A stretch of DNA of 64,000 bases from Hypanus sabinus (taxonomy: Eukaryota): assembly GCF_030144855.1 (NCBI RefSeq), contig NC_082727.1, positions 54,250,001 to 54,314,000 of the forward strand, given 5' to 3'. Shown here in pieces: positions 28,031 to 41,077 of the stretch. A model generated the notes under the pieces. That model made no database searches. It had not been told where the DNA came from and worked only from the letters and a program-made list of their open reading frames with translations. Position 1 is the first letter of the stretch; each line of letters begins with the position of its first letter. Position numbers and translations under genes: made by a program.

Positions 28031-29039
28031 ACTGTCCCTCCAATCACCACATTATTTTTACTGATTTGTACACTTCCCCATCTTTCATGCTCTCATATCT
28101 ATTAAAATAATAATTTCCACTCACCATAGATGCCCCACCAGAACTACAGCCACTTAAGCTCAAAGGCTATAGACATGAATGAATATAGTGGACCTAGTTT
28201 ATGAATTTACAGTCAGGTCTGGCTGACCTTGTCATAGTGCAATGATGGAGCCCAAATGTGAAGGAAAGACAGACTCCCATGTAGAGACAGCAAACAGAGT
28301 TTATACACAAATTCCAACAGAATTCCTTTGGCTCGACTGAGCGACACTACAACATAAAACAATCTCCAGAACCAGTGCCCCATGATAGTGCCAATAGAGG
28401 GTACACTTAAGTAATACAAATAACATGGAATTCCCAAGCCTATCAAAATAAACTTAACAAGGAAATATGTAATTAATGAATCTCATTAAACAACAATTAA
28501 CCAATTCAGGTGTCCTTAAAACTCTGAGTCCGCCCTCTGGCTTCAGCGAGCTCATTACAGACCAATTCACTACCACAAAAATCTCTGTCAAATTGCTCAT
28601 AGTGGAATCATTCTTTTCTCTAATACAAATGAACCCCTCTCTGCTGTGTCCTCTGCCTCTCTCTGACATGTGTGAAGGACTCGTGAACTTTATTGTTTTT
28701 GAGACTGAAGCTGCAGTCTCCTGCCTCGCTTCTTCCTGTCCGTCATGCTGCCCACCAAACGGAATGTCTAAGCTCCTACCGTGGTAGATTCAAATGTATA
28801 TCTTATTCTAGTTTCACTCCCATATGTCTGAGTTTGCCTTTTCCATGATAGGTTTTCTGGCTTGTTTGACCATGTTTCAACAAATCTGTTTGCCATCTTC
28901 CTGTCTCCCAGTCTGGTTGATATTGTCTCTTTCTCTGGATTCTCTTTGTTCACTTCTCCAAATTGTCCCTTTCCTCAAAATGGAAACCACTCAATGTGTG
29001 AAAAACGCAAGAAATGGTAAAGTCACACATAAGGAATGA

Positions 29040-30085
29040 ATAAACTCTGAAAACCTGACTTCATCCAAAACTCCGCAGCCTGTATCCTAGCACAGTAGTG
29101 TGAAGAGTATAGCCTCATAGCTCCTGAACCAAGTTCAACAATCATCTTTGCCATTGTTTGTGTGGAGTTGCACACCCTCCCTGTGACTGCATGTGTTTCC
29201 ACAAAGTGCTCTAGTTACCATCCTACACCCTGAAGGTTATGCAAAGTTAATTAACTCTGCGGCTTGTCATTGGTGTGTAGATGAGTGAGGGAAGCAATGG
29301 GAAGTTGATAGGAAATTACTGGGAAAAATAGGATTGCTTTGTGAACTGGTGTAGTTTTGTCGGGCTTGTTCTAAGTTGAAAGGTGAAATAAAGAAATTTA
29401 AGTTCATCACCCAATATACCTGTACTTACTTGTTTACTTAAGTCCATCACCACTAATGGGGCATTGGCTGCTGACAACTGCTCATCAGAGTCCTCTATCC
29501 TGGGCTAGTCTTTCAAATTGACCCCAGGTGTAGCTCATCTTCAAAAAACCCTCCTCTCCCAAGGATTAGGTCTATGGAGTTTCTGCTGTGTTCCTGGAGC
29601 TTTGGGCTTTTATGGGATGGAATTATTAGACCCACGCCCAACCATGCTCCTTTTGCAGCCAGGCTTGGGACCATCCATGGTGGGGTCATCCTGAGTTCAT
29701 TAGCCCACATTGAATTCCAATTGAACTTCCCTTTGTTTTCAAATCCATCTAAGGCCTCTCTGGCATCCATCTCTATATTCTCCTCCAGCTGTATAACTCT
29801 TTGAGTTATTAGTGTCTCTCCAATCCCAGCAACTCCATTATAAACAAATGTAATTGCTTTTATATAGGCAATTGAGTCTTTAGCTGCAAAAATCCTAAAC
29901 TCTGGAAGCCCTTACCTGAACACCCTGCCTCTACACCTCAAACATCCTTTAACATTAATAATTTGATCATCTCACTTGAGATTTCTAACGTGGCTCAGTG
30001 TCAAATACTGTTTGATTACACCCAAGAGAACCACTTTGAGCATTTATATTAAGTCCAAAGCATTTCATAAATACAAATCATTATT
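29040..30085 (+). mobile_element. Old L2-type LINE 3' end with nested SINE (~29090-29400) and RTE-derived piece (~29420-29700)
   Basis: catccaaaactccgcagcctgtatcct and ctaaactctggaa...cataaatacaaatcattattgctgc resemble L2 3' sequence. Internal V-domain, and an acttactt tail shared with the 45.9 kb copy. Confidence 0.55.
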
Positions 30086-30977
30086 GCTGCTTTTAGAACC
30101 ACACATTAAACATTACCTCTGTCCAGATTTGTACTCTTTCAAATTAGGTTAGAAAGGTAAATTAGCACATCTGGGTTGCATATGATGAATTACACAAAGC
30201 ACGTCATTTAAAAAGTATAAAATATTTAACTAAAGTTAAATGGAACATTTAATCAGTTTAATTATAGAACTAAAGCCTCTCTTCCACTCTTGAGGACAGA
30301 CAGGGGATTATTAATTTCTGAAGCCTACCTGCTTAATATTGATTTTTGCAGAAATCATTAGTAAATATTTGTTTTCCGACAATTTACCACATCAATTGTT
30401 TAGGGAAAGAAAGATGGCTTGTTTTGTGCGTGGCATGTATTTCACACATCTTTGCTCTTGAAATGCTGTGCCACTATTAAGCTATGCCCTATGAAGCATT
30501 TCAGCTGCCGCCTAAAATCTGTGGATTTTTAAAAGGAATTTTCACTCCAGTCCGAACAGTTGTCTAAATTAATCGGAATGATAAACTGCTCGCACAGTCT
30601 TAGCCAAAACCGTGACAATACCGTTGTGACCTTTGCGCCAATTATTATATTGTAGCACATCCTACCATGAAAGTGCAAGAGATGGGGCGTCAATAAAGAA
30701 ACGAACGGTACAAAGCTACGATGATGGATCAAAATAGGTTCGTCATTTTTAAGTTGCCTCCGGTTTAATCAATGTTCTTTCCAGCAACAAATGGCCACAA
30801 TCAACTCCACATTTTGACAATTTCTGTGAACATAAATCCCACAAATCACCAAATAGCTCACAGGCTAGGAAAACAAGCGCTTTTTTCACATGTCACCGTG
30901 ACACCATAAGAAAAACTTGTGTTCCCTAGCAATTCCGAAAATCAAAAAAATGATTGTTAAATACTGGCGATTTGACA

Positions 30978-30991
30978 CCAGCTGATGGCGC
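30978..30991 (+). promoter_or_regulatory. CTCF-like motif inside the CNE-like island
   Basis: CCAGCTGATGGCGC, one mismatch to CCAGCAGATGGCGC. Confidence 0.4.
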
Positions 30992-31596
30992 TGTAATTCT
31001 CTGCGCCAGGTTCGAGCTCATTTGCCGGATTTTATTTTTAAACAAAGCGCTCATTGATTTGCGGGACTTCACTCGGAGATTTCTGTTAGCCTTGGTAATG
31101 TGCCATCTTGTCGAATGAGTTACATTCCTCTTGTCTGTTGTTTTTGCTTTTAGAGGAACTTAAAAATCTCACTATTATTAAACTCTTGTTAAGATCAGAC
31201 TGACCATGTTAGTGCATTCTTATATTTTTCCCGCTGTTTTATTGAGTGAATGTTGATGAGGGGAACTGGCTCGGCGATAGCTCTGAGCCATTAAAATGAG
31301 AGGAATACTTAATTGTTGAGGTGATAATGATTACTACTGATGTCAAACCTATTCGTTTACACTGTCCACTCAGTCAATCTACCGGAGGATTTGACTTAGG
31401 ATAAAGGAAAGTGAAATAATCAAAAATGTTGATTAAGTTCTTTGTTTGAACTTCGTTTTCTATCCCAGCTTCACAGCCAATCGCTGTCTAAGCGGCATCG
31501 GCTTTCAGATGCGCACTCAGATAACCAACAGCGCTCGCACTGAAGGTCGGGAGGTGAGTCTACACGTTACCTAAGAGAGGCAAAGCCAGCCCAACC

Positions 31597-31790
31597 AAAA
31601 CGCGAGAGAATCTGCAGATGCTGGAAATCCAAAGCAAACACGCTCAAAACTGCCGGAGAGACTCAGCAGGCCAGGCAGCACCAATGGAAATGAATCAGAC
31701 AGTCGACGTTTCGGGCCGGAACGCAGGTTTACTCTTTTCCATCGATGCTGCCTGGCCTGCTGGGTTCCTCCAGCAGTTTGAGAGTGTTAC
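31597..31790. mobile_element. Penelope-like fold-back terminus
   Basis: Inverted arms cagcaggccaggcagca / tgctgcctggcctgctg; minus strand cggcccGAAAcGTCgactg at 31718-31700. Confidence 0.75.
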
Positions 31791-32360
31791 CAGCCGAAAC
31801 AAAACCTGTTCCTGAACGTCCCGAACAGGGAAAGAACATCTACCCGATGACGCCTTGCTGTACATTTGATTATACAAGTCCAATTATGGTTTGTCTTTTC
31901 AAACTAAAACTGACACTGTTAAAGCAATAATTAAATATAATCTTTGTTTCTTCCACGTTTAATACAGGGTAATCTTTTAAGGAGGAATCTCCAAAGCATT
32001 TCATTAACCGGGCATACAAAAGTAAGGAATTGACCAGGTTTTGATTAATTGTGCACACGTTTAGTTTTTGTTCAAAAGGAGTGATAAACTCACCTTTTAG
32101 ATTGACTGATTCCTGTGATACGGGGTTGTCCTCATAAGGAGTCTTTGAGAAAGGCTGGTCTGGAATTCGGAGGGCGTTTGCCCAAGTCTGCACCATAGCT
32201 GCAGAGCTTAGTGGGGGTTAGCACTAAGGTGCACTAAGGGGGTTAACACCATAGCAGGGTTCAAGGTGTTGGAATAAATAAAGCTTGAGTTCTGGGAATT
32301 GTTCACCTGGTGAGTGAGGATAGTTAAGAATGAAATGAACACTATATGTGTTTGGGCACT

Positions 32361-33503
32361 AATAGACAATAGACAATAGATGCAGAAGTAGACCATTCGG
32401 CCCCTCGAGTCTGCACCGCCATTCTGAGATCATGGCTGATCATTCACTATCAATACCCAGTCCCTGCCTTGTCCCCATATCCCTTGATTACCCTATCCAT
32501 CAGATATCTATCTAGCTCCTTCTTGAAAGCATCCAGAGAATTGGCCTCCACCATCTTCCGAGGCAGTGCATTCCACACCTCCACAACTCTGGGAGAAGAA
32601 GCTCTTCCTCAACTCTGTTTTAAATAACTGACCTCTTAGTCTCAATCCATGCCCTCCGGTACTGGACTCTCCCAACATCTGGAACATATTTCCTGCCTCA
32701 ATCCTATCAAATCCTTTAATTATCTTAAACGTTTCAATCAGATCCCCTCTCAATCTCCTCAATTCCAGCGTGTACAAGCCCAATCTCTCCAATCTCTCTG
32801 CGTAAGACAGCCCTGCCATCCCAGGAATCAACCTAGTGAATCTACGCTGCACTTCCTCAATTGCCAGAATGTCCTTCCTTAAACCTGGAGACCAAAACTG
32901 TACACAATATTCCAGGTGTGGTCTCACCAGGGCCCTGTAGAAATGCAAAAGAACATCCTTGCTCTTGTATTCAATTCCCCTTGTAACAAAGGCCAACATT
33001 CCATTTGCCCTCTTCACTGCCTGTTGCACTTGCTCATTCACCTTCATTGACTGGTGAACTAGGACTCCTAGGTCTCTTTGCATTTCTCCCTTACCTAACT
33101 CGACACCGTTCAGACAATACTCTGCCCTCTTGTTCCAGCTTCCAAAGTGGATAACTTCACATTTATTCACATTGAATGACATCTGCCAAGTATCTGCCCA
33201 CTCACTCAGCCTATCCAAGTCTCCCTGTATTCTCCTAACGTCCTCTTCGCATGTCACACTGCCACCCAGTTTAGTATCGTCAGCAAACTTGCTGATATAG
33301 TTTTCAATGCCCTCATCTAAATCATTGACATAAATCGTAAAGAGCTGTGGTCCCAATACAGAGCCCTGTGGTACCCCACTAGTCACCTCCAGCCAGTCGG
33401 AGAAACACCCATTCACTGCTACCCTTTGCTTTCTATCTGCCAACCAGTTTTCTATCCATGTTGAAACCCTGCCCCCAATGCCATGAGCTCTGATTTTACT
33501 CAC
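32361..33503 (-). mobile_element. Young 5'-truncated CR1 LINE (RT C-terminal half)
   Basis: ORF 32508-33545 with SGVPQGSVLGPQLF, KFADDTKL and RPHLEYCVQFWSP; one apparent frameshift near FSQ. 3' terminal (GTCTATT)n repeat near 32361-32382. Confidence 0.92.
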
Positions 33504-33534
33504 AAATGAAATCAAGTGCTGGGGGGTCAGGGTG

Positions 33535-33890
33535 AGAAAGTTCAAATTTCAAAGTAAATTAACAAAGTATGTATATGTCGCCAGATATACCCTGAGATTC
33601 ATCTTCTTTCCAGCATTCACAGTAGAACAAAGAAATACAACGGAATCAATGAACAACTACACACGGACAAAAGCTGACAACCAACCAATGTGCAAAAGAA
33701 GACAATCTGTGCAAATACAAGTAAATTATTAATACTGAGAACATGAGTTTGCAGAATCCTTGAAAGTGAGTTTATAAGTTGTGGAGTCAGTTCAGAGTTG
33801 AGCTGAGAGAAGTTATCCCACGCTGGTTCAAGAGCTGGATGTTGCAGGGTGAAAACTGTTCCTGAACCTGGTGCTGTGGGACTTACGGTT
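33535..33890 (-). mobile_element. Rex-type LINE 3' fragment
   Basis: Minus strand caccaggttcaggaacagttttcaccc, then 3' UTR and (ttgaac)-like tail. Confidence 0.65.
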
Positions 33891-34958
33891 GTGTGTGAAG
33901 GAGCACAGGATTAACCATGGTCTTACTGAGCTGTGCTTTGGGGGCTTCATTTGTCGCATGTCCATCGAAACATACAGCGAAATGCATCATTACGACCGAA
34001 GTCTAAGGACGTTCTGGGGGCAGTCTGCAAGTGTCTCCATGCTTCTGGCATGCCCACAACTTACTACCCCTAATTCATACATCTTCAATGTGGGAGGAGA
34101 CCAGAGCACCCAAAGGAAACCCACACGGATGTACAAACTCCTTTCAGACACTGCCAGGAACTGAACCTGGTTTGCTGGCACAGTTATGCTAAATGTAATG
34201 CTACCCTGTTGCCCTTTGGGACTGTTTAGTCTACTCCTATTAACCCTCTCATTCCCACATTTGTAGCAAGAAAGGCAAATGATTAAACATTTTTGTACTA
34301 AATCCTCACAGAGCTGAAAATGATTTAAAATATTTTGAGGTATACTCTGCAGATGTACTAATTTTGAATTAATATTTAATTTTAAAATTAAATTCATCGT
34401 TGAGTTTTAAATGAAGTATTATTTTAATTGGATAAGGTTGGTAGCATGCTCTTCTAATGAAACATATTTTTTATAAACCAAACTTTCATTATAACAAATG
34501 CCTAAGGCTTTTATTTTGGAAAAGAGTTGAATATTTGGATATATTTGAGAAAAAGGAATGGCACAGTAATGTCATTGGGAAAGATGATTGGGCAGGCACT
34601 AATTATTAACACTGAGGAGCAGTGTGGGAGTGCACCCCTGAACCTGAGTAATAACTGATTCTAGGAAAGCAGCCAAGGGTTGAATGAGTTTGGAATTAGT
34701 AGTGAATCATTTATCATTTAAAATATGAGAAAAGGAGTTAAACCAATATAAAGCAGGTTCTGAAATTGGAACCGAAAAGCCAGTCACGTGGAGCATCTGT
34801 GGAGAGAAAGAAAAACGCTGTAACAAATACTTCAGGCCTCGTTTTGCCTGGTCCAATATGCAGTGCTGTCTCGCTGCCTATAGTGCCCATTCAACCCACA
34901 CTCAATTCTACTAGGTGGGCAGAACCCTGTGATCAGGAAACAGGCATTCTGGGAGAAG

Positions 34959-34972
34959 GCTCCATCTGGTGG
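34959..34972 (-). promoter_or_regulatory. CTCF-like motif
   Basis: Minus strand CCACCAGATGGAGC. Confidence 0.45.
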
Positions 34973-36139
34973 CTAAATCTCACAGAGTGTAACTCTGAGC
35001 CCCCTTCCCCCAAAACACCCTAACAATTTTGATAACAGAGGATGCACTGGTATCTGCTCTGCGGCTCATCTCGGATCTCATGTTTTGGCTAATATGAGCT
35101 GAGCCATTGGTGGCTGATAGTAGGAGGTTCCCTCCAGGATGTCGGCCATCTTGGCCTATCTGTTGTCCGCATGCTCCTACTCTTTCTACACAGATACTGC
35201 CTGGTCTGCTGAGTACTTCCAGTGATTTTGATTATTATTTCAAAATATCACATGGGTTGGGCAATACATAGATTTGTAGGACCTGGCAATGTTTAAAACT
35301 GAACTTCTGAAAGCTGAAAAGAATCTCTGATAGACAGTGTCAATCTAGTTGGAAGAGATGAAATATGATTCCAGATGTAGGATTCATATTGTAGCTGCAT
35401 GAGGTAAAGCTTGTACTAAATCACCTAACTGACCTTTGGTTATGCCAAGCTAGTCATATACTGCCAGGAATGTATTTGTTTCTGGGCTTTTCCTTAAATG
35501 ATTGCAATAAGTGATGGAATATTTTCTAATTTTTAACTGAAGTATCTCTAAGTGCTGCAGTATAACTGATATTGGAGATTAATATGAACAACATAATTGG
35601 ATAAACAACACTGAGACCTCTTATTTTGCTAGTGCAACTAATCATTGCAGATTCAAAGATTTGCTGCAGACAAGGTGTTTTAAATTGTTAAAATTGCTGT
35701 ATCAATGTGAGCTGCCATGAGGATATAACATTAAATTCATTAGATACATTATGTGACTGCATTTTATTTTCACATTTGTATTTTCAAGAATTCGGATACT
35801 GCATGAAAATGACGTTAAAACAGGAAATCAAAAATGGAGTACAGTACTCTCTCACTCATATCTATGTATAAGAGTTTTGCACAGTACTATAGGAAAAGTT
35901 CAGTGGTGGTGCAAGTGAAGTTATCCCACTGGTTCAAGAGTCTGATGGTTGAGGGGTAATAACTGTTCCAGAGCCTGGTGGTGTGGTCTTGAGGCTCCTG
36001 TACCTTCTTCCCGATGGCAGCAGTGAGAAGAGAGCATGGCAAAAGAGATGTTTAAGAGTTTCAGCAGCAGATTAGTGAAGTCAGTTGAAGAGATGAGGGA
36101 CGTTTACCAACCGGAAATCTGTGTTCACCTTGAAGGCAT

Positions 36140-36430
36140 GCATGTCTGACTGGAGGTTCATCTTGAAGTGAAATATGACACCTAGGCTGCAAATAACCTC
36201 ATTCAGCAGAGTGAGGGATGTGGTCAGTGGTCAGAGACTGAGAACGATGTTAGGAAAGTGGGTGCACTTTTCCCAGTACTTAGTTGGAAGAAACTTCTGC
36301 TGAACCATTTCTGAGTATTGGGCAGGCAGTCTGGCAAGCCCAAATCAGTGGAAGAAGCAAGGCCATTTATGGAGAGCCAGAGGTGGGTCTTGCCATGAGA
36401 GGAATATGGTGCTGTGTTTTCATATATCAT
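36140..36430 (-). mobile_element. Old L2-like RT fragment
   Basis: Minus-strand IYENTAPY resembles YADDTQLY; ctaggtgtcatattt encodes LGVIF. Confidence 0.45.
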
Positions 36431-37887
36431 TGAGAGGAAGCATTTAGAAGAGAAACAGCAATGGGTCAGGAGTAGAGGGGAATGCCTTCTCATCGCTGGT
36501 GAGATCGCTCTGCTCTCAGAGAGGAGAGAGCCTGCCACTGTGCCTGGAGAAAGTTATTCAGGTTTTCTGCATTTTAAATATGGATATAATATGTACTTGG
36601 ACTATGGACAATGCACTTTTTCTCAGTCTTATATTCTATGTTTTTCACCCTATCTTTCTCATCTTTTGTGTGTGGAGAAGGGGGATTTGGGGGTGAATGT
36701 CCCTGTTGAGTTTTTGTCCATTTTTTTTGTGCAGGGGAGGGGGAGTTTGGGGTTGATGATTTTGCTGCTGTTGTTTTTTCTTTCTTGGTTCCACGGCTAT
36801 CTGGAGAAGAAGAACTTCAGAGTTGTATACTTTGATAATAAATGAAACTTTGAAACTTTTTGAACCTTTGATCCACAGTTTAAGCTGGAGTCACGTTATA
36901 GCCTGGAAAGTTCAGGATCAGTGTGTTAGCCCACTGTGCTACTCCAACTCTTTGAGGTTAGTTGCAAAAGGACAAAGATCTATTTCAAGGTGTTCCCTGT
37001 AATCAGGCAAATATAAATCTGATTGGTGTCCAAATTTTCCTTTCACTTAGAGAAAACTTCTTGTTTTATACTTCTGTGCTTTTCTCTATATCTTCAGTTT
37101 GAAACCTCATCACATTCATATGCCTGGTTCTGTCCTGGCTCCATTCGCATGGATGCCTTAAAAATACCTACAAAAATCCGTGTGAAATGAAACTCATTAG
37201 CTTAAGAAAGCAGCAGAGGTGTTATGTAGCACACAAACTCAACGGTTATAAATAAAACCATTCTACTCTGCATTGATGTTACTAATAACTGCATATGGAT
37301 GAGAAATAGTATAATTAACAATAATGAAAAGGCTTGTGGTGGAATCTATTTGCAGTCCACTTCTCAATGTTCATCATTAGGAGACTGAGGAATCTCCTGC
37401 ATCTAACAGTATGAAGAAATTCACTAAGATTAACTCAAAAACCTTCAATCAATAACAGCACTGCCACCATGAAAGAAGTCCAGATTGTCATTCTATCTTG
37501 TGTGGAAAGCATTCAAAAGAGTTAGTTATATTGGTAGCAAAGTCTATGGCATATGATCATGAAGTTCCTTAATTTCAATTGTCTCAGTTATGTTCTGCTT
37601 TGAACTGAGTATATAGAAGCTTTAGTAATTATTTTGATGCAATTGATTACAGAATTGTTAAAACGAATAGATCACGAATGCTCAATGTAAGCTTAAGAAG
37701 TCTTCAGTTGGTTCCGCAGTCTCATCTCATGTTCTCATTATTTATTGCTTATTTCTTTAACATTATTATTACTTCTTTTTTTCTTTCTTTTTTGCATTTG
37801 CACAGCTCTTCAATATTTTACGCATTGGTTGTCTGCCTTGTTGGTGTGGTCTTTCATTGATTCTATTATGATGATTGGATTTATTTA

Positions 37888-38100
37888 CTGGCCGGTGGTG
37901 TAGTGGCATTCACACCGGACTTCGTGGAGAGTGGTCGTGGGTTTGAATCTGGCCAGCTCCCTGCACGCTTTCCATCCATGCTGGATTAAGCACCAATCCA
38001 GCAACTCTGCCTCTTAGAAACAAAATAGACAAAATGCTAAAGAAATGGCAAAGTTGCTGCCTGATATGGCACAAGGCACAGACAGGAACACCGATACAAC
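37888..38100 (+). mobile_element. tRNA-derived SINE inserted into a Rex-type 3' UTR
   Basis: A box TGGTGTAGTGG and B box GGTTTGAATC; host UTR continues on both sides (37720-37885 and 38100-38195). Confidence 0.6.
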
Positions 38101-38260
38101 AATCAGATTTATCATATGCCCACAAGTAAAGGAATCTCAGGATTGCATAAGGTGACATATATGTACCTTGATAATAGATTTAGTTTGAACTTTGAAGTGT
38201 TCCAAATGACATCCAAGGTAATGAGGGACACCATCAAGTTGAAGATCAAACACTCAGTTA

Positions 38261-38327
38261 CAGTACTGTGTAGGAGTCTGAGGCACATACATATAGCTCG
38301 GGTGCCCAAGACTTTTGCACAGTACTG
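38261..38327. mobile_element. 67-bp Tc1/mariner-type MITE
   Basis: Imperfect TIRs CAGTACTGTGtAggAGTCTgaGGCAC / GTGCCcaAGACTtTTgCACAGTACTG, flanked by TA on both sides. Confidence 0.75.
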
Positions 38328-38392
38328 TAGTAATTTTATGTACTGCTGTCGCAAAAAAAAAACAAATTTCATGACACACGTGAATGATGATG

Positions 38393-39437
38393 TCAGCATC
38401 AGAATCAGAACCAGGTTTATTATCACCGGCATGTGTTGTGAAACGTGTTAACTCAGCAGCAGGAGTTCAATGCAATACATAATCTAGAAGCAAAAAAAGT
38501 AAAAATAAATAAATAAGTAAATCAGTTACAGTATATGCACATAGAATAGATTAAAAGCCATGCAAAAGCAGAAATAAAGTATATTAAAAAGTGAGGTAGT
38601 GTTCATGGGTTCAACATCCATTTAGGAATCTGATGGCAGAGGAGAAGAAGCTGTTCCTGAATCGCTGAGTGTGGGCCTTCAGGCTTCTGTACCTCCTCCC
38701 TGATTGTAATAATGAGAAAAGGGTATGCCCTGAGTGCTGGAGGTACTTAGTAATGAGTGTTGCCTTTCTGAGACATTGCTCCTTGAAGATATTTTGGGTA
38801 CTTTGTGGGCTAGTACCTAAGATGGAGCTGACTAAATTTATGACCCTCTGCAGCTTCTCTCAGTCCCATGTAGTGCCCCCCACCCCCCATACCAGACAGC
38901 GACGCAGCCTGTCAGAATGCTCTCCCCGGTATGTCTATAGAAGTTTTTGAGCGTTTTTGTTGACATATCAAATCCCTTCAAACTCCAAATGAAGTACAGT
39001 CACTGTCTTACCTTCTTTATGACTACATTGATATATTGGGACCAGGTTAGATCCTCAGAGATCTTGACACCCAGGAACTTGAAACTGCTCTCTCTCTCCA
39101 CCTCTGATCCCGCTATGAGGATTGGTATGTGTTCTTTCATCTTATCCTTCCTGAAGTCCACAATCAGCTCTTTCGTCTTACTGATGTTGAGTGTCAGGTT
39201 GTTGCTGCGACACCACTTCACTAGTTGGTATATCTTGCTCCTGTATGCTCTCTCATCTCCACCTGAGATTCTACCAACAATGGTTGTATTGTCAGCACAT
39301 TTATAGATGGTATTTAAGCTATGCCTAGCCGCACAGTCATGGGTATAGAGAGAGTAGAGTAGTGGGCTAAGAACACACCCCTGAGGTGCACCAGTGTTCA
39401 TTGTCAGCGAGGAGGATATGTTATCACCCATCCCACA
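38393..39437 (-). mobile_element. 5'-truncated Rex1/Babar LINE
   Basis: TGAPQGCVLSPLLYSLYTHDC, KCADNTT (decayed FADD), LNISKTKELIVDFR and FKFLGV; (ctgatt)n tail near 38395-38410. Confidence 0.9.
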
Positions 39438-39824
39438 CAGTTTGTGTTAATGGGTCTCTATTGTGGATGGAGAGTGGGAAAGGAAAAGGGAGAGGGAAAT
39501 CATGGCTGGGAAAAGGGGAAGGGAGAGGGTAGCACCAGAGAGACATTCTCTAATGATCAATATACCAATTGTTTGGAATCAAATGACCTTGCCTGGCACC
39601 TTAGGGCTGGGTGTGTCTGCCCGTCTCTCCCCTCCACCCTGGCACTCCTTCCCTGCACCCTATCCCACACCCCTCCCACGGTGCTCCACCCCGCTAACAT
39701 CCTTTGCTCCTGCCAGATTTACAAACTTGCTCTCCGCTCCACATGGACAAATACAGTACTGTGCAAATCCAGTACCACCGCTTCATAGAACAAATTGCTT
39801 GGCATTCACGAACAATGCAAATGT

Positions 39825-40135
39825 ATCTCCATCATTGCTGTCTGACCTGCTAAGTTTTGTGTTGCTTAAAATTTCCAGCATCTGCAGAATCTTCATGTTT
39901 ACTTTGTTACAAAAGTTGCTTGAATGTTCTCAAAACAGGATGAAAGGATATGCAGTTTCTGTCACTGTGGTGGTGGAATAGACCATCAATGTTTTGGCCG
40001 AAGACCCCTTATCAGGATTAAAGTGTCTCGGCCCGAAATGTCGACTGTGTCGCCCTCTATAGACACTGCTTGTCTTGCTAAGCACTTTGTGTGTGTTGCT
40101 CTAGATTTCCAGCATTTGCAGAATCTCTTGTGCTT
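39825..40135. mobile_element. Penelope-like termini, including a fold-back at ~39985-40047
   Basis: Two opposed decayed hammerhead motifs: minus atcCTGATAAggggtcttcggccAAAAcATT; plus tctcggcccGAAAtGTCgactg. Confidence 0.65.
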
Positions 40136-40521
40136 ATATCTATCAATGCAATTTGAATGGCTGAGACTCTGAGGAATGTGTGAATTGGTTGACCTCTTAC
40201 ATGTTATAGTTCTCCAAGGTCAAATAACAGTAAAGTAACTGAGAACGTTTTGTTAAAAGCTATCCACAAAAATAGTCTTTTTCTGTCAATATTTTATATA
40301 TTCTGGGTAATTGCTGCACATTTAATACCACTGGGGTAAGGGAGAAAGTATTAACTGCTGCAGAAAAATTAGTTCTCCCCAGCTGACCACATCTGATAGT
40401 GAGGGATTTTGTCTTATGCTTCTGTCAACATCTGACTATGATATAAACCTTTTGTAGATAAAAATGAGCTGGTGGTTGAATATTGAAGGATGTTAAGACC
40501 ACCATGCAAGGTATACTCCTC

Positions 40522-40656
40522 AGAAACAAGAGAGAATCTGCAGATGCTGGAAATCCAAGCAACACACACAAAGTGCTGGAGGGACTCAGCAGACCAGGCA
40601 GCATCTGTGGAAAAGGTAAACAGTCGATGTTTTGGGTCGAGACCATTCAGCAGGAC
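40522..40656 (-). mobile_element. Penelope-like terminus with damaged hammerhead motif
   Basis: Minus strand gtcCTGCTGAatggtctcgacccAAAAcATCgactg plus the family tail. Confidence 0.7.
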
Positions 40657-40726
40657 CCCCTACTATATCTAGCCAGGTAGATTATTTTTGCAGACGATTG
40701 GCAGGCCAGTCATCAAAAGAGTCCGT

Positions 40727-41077
40727 CATAGAAACATAGAAAATAGGTGCAGGAGTAGGCCATTCGGCCCTTCAAGCCTGCACCGCCATTCACTATGATC
40801 ATGGCTGACCATCCAACTCAGAACCCTGTACCTGCCTTCTCTCCATACCCCCTGATCCTTTAGCCACAAGGGCCATATCTAACTCCCTCTTAAGTATAGC
40901 CAATGAACCGGCCTCAGCTGTTTCCTGTGGCAGAGAATTCCACAGGTTCACCACTCTCTGTGTGAAGAAGTTTTTCCTCATCTCGGTCCTAAAAGGCTTC
41001 CCCTTTATCCTTAAACTGTAACCCCTCGTTTTGGATTTCCCCAACATCGGAAACAATCTTCCTGCATCTAGCCTGTC
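40727..41077 (-). mobile_element. Young CR1 3' end
   Basis: TRGYSLRIKGKPFRTEMRKNFFTQRVVNLWNSLP; tail (ttctatgt)n. Confidence 0.88.

Noticed and set aside
32508-33545. 345-aa ORF as a host gene
   Set aside because: It is CR1 reverse transcriptase, 5'-truncated, with a LINE 3' tail.
37888-37960. tRNA gene (also at 42085 and 54651)
   Set aside because: A and B boxes are present, but there is no cloverleaf and each continues into a SINE body.
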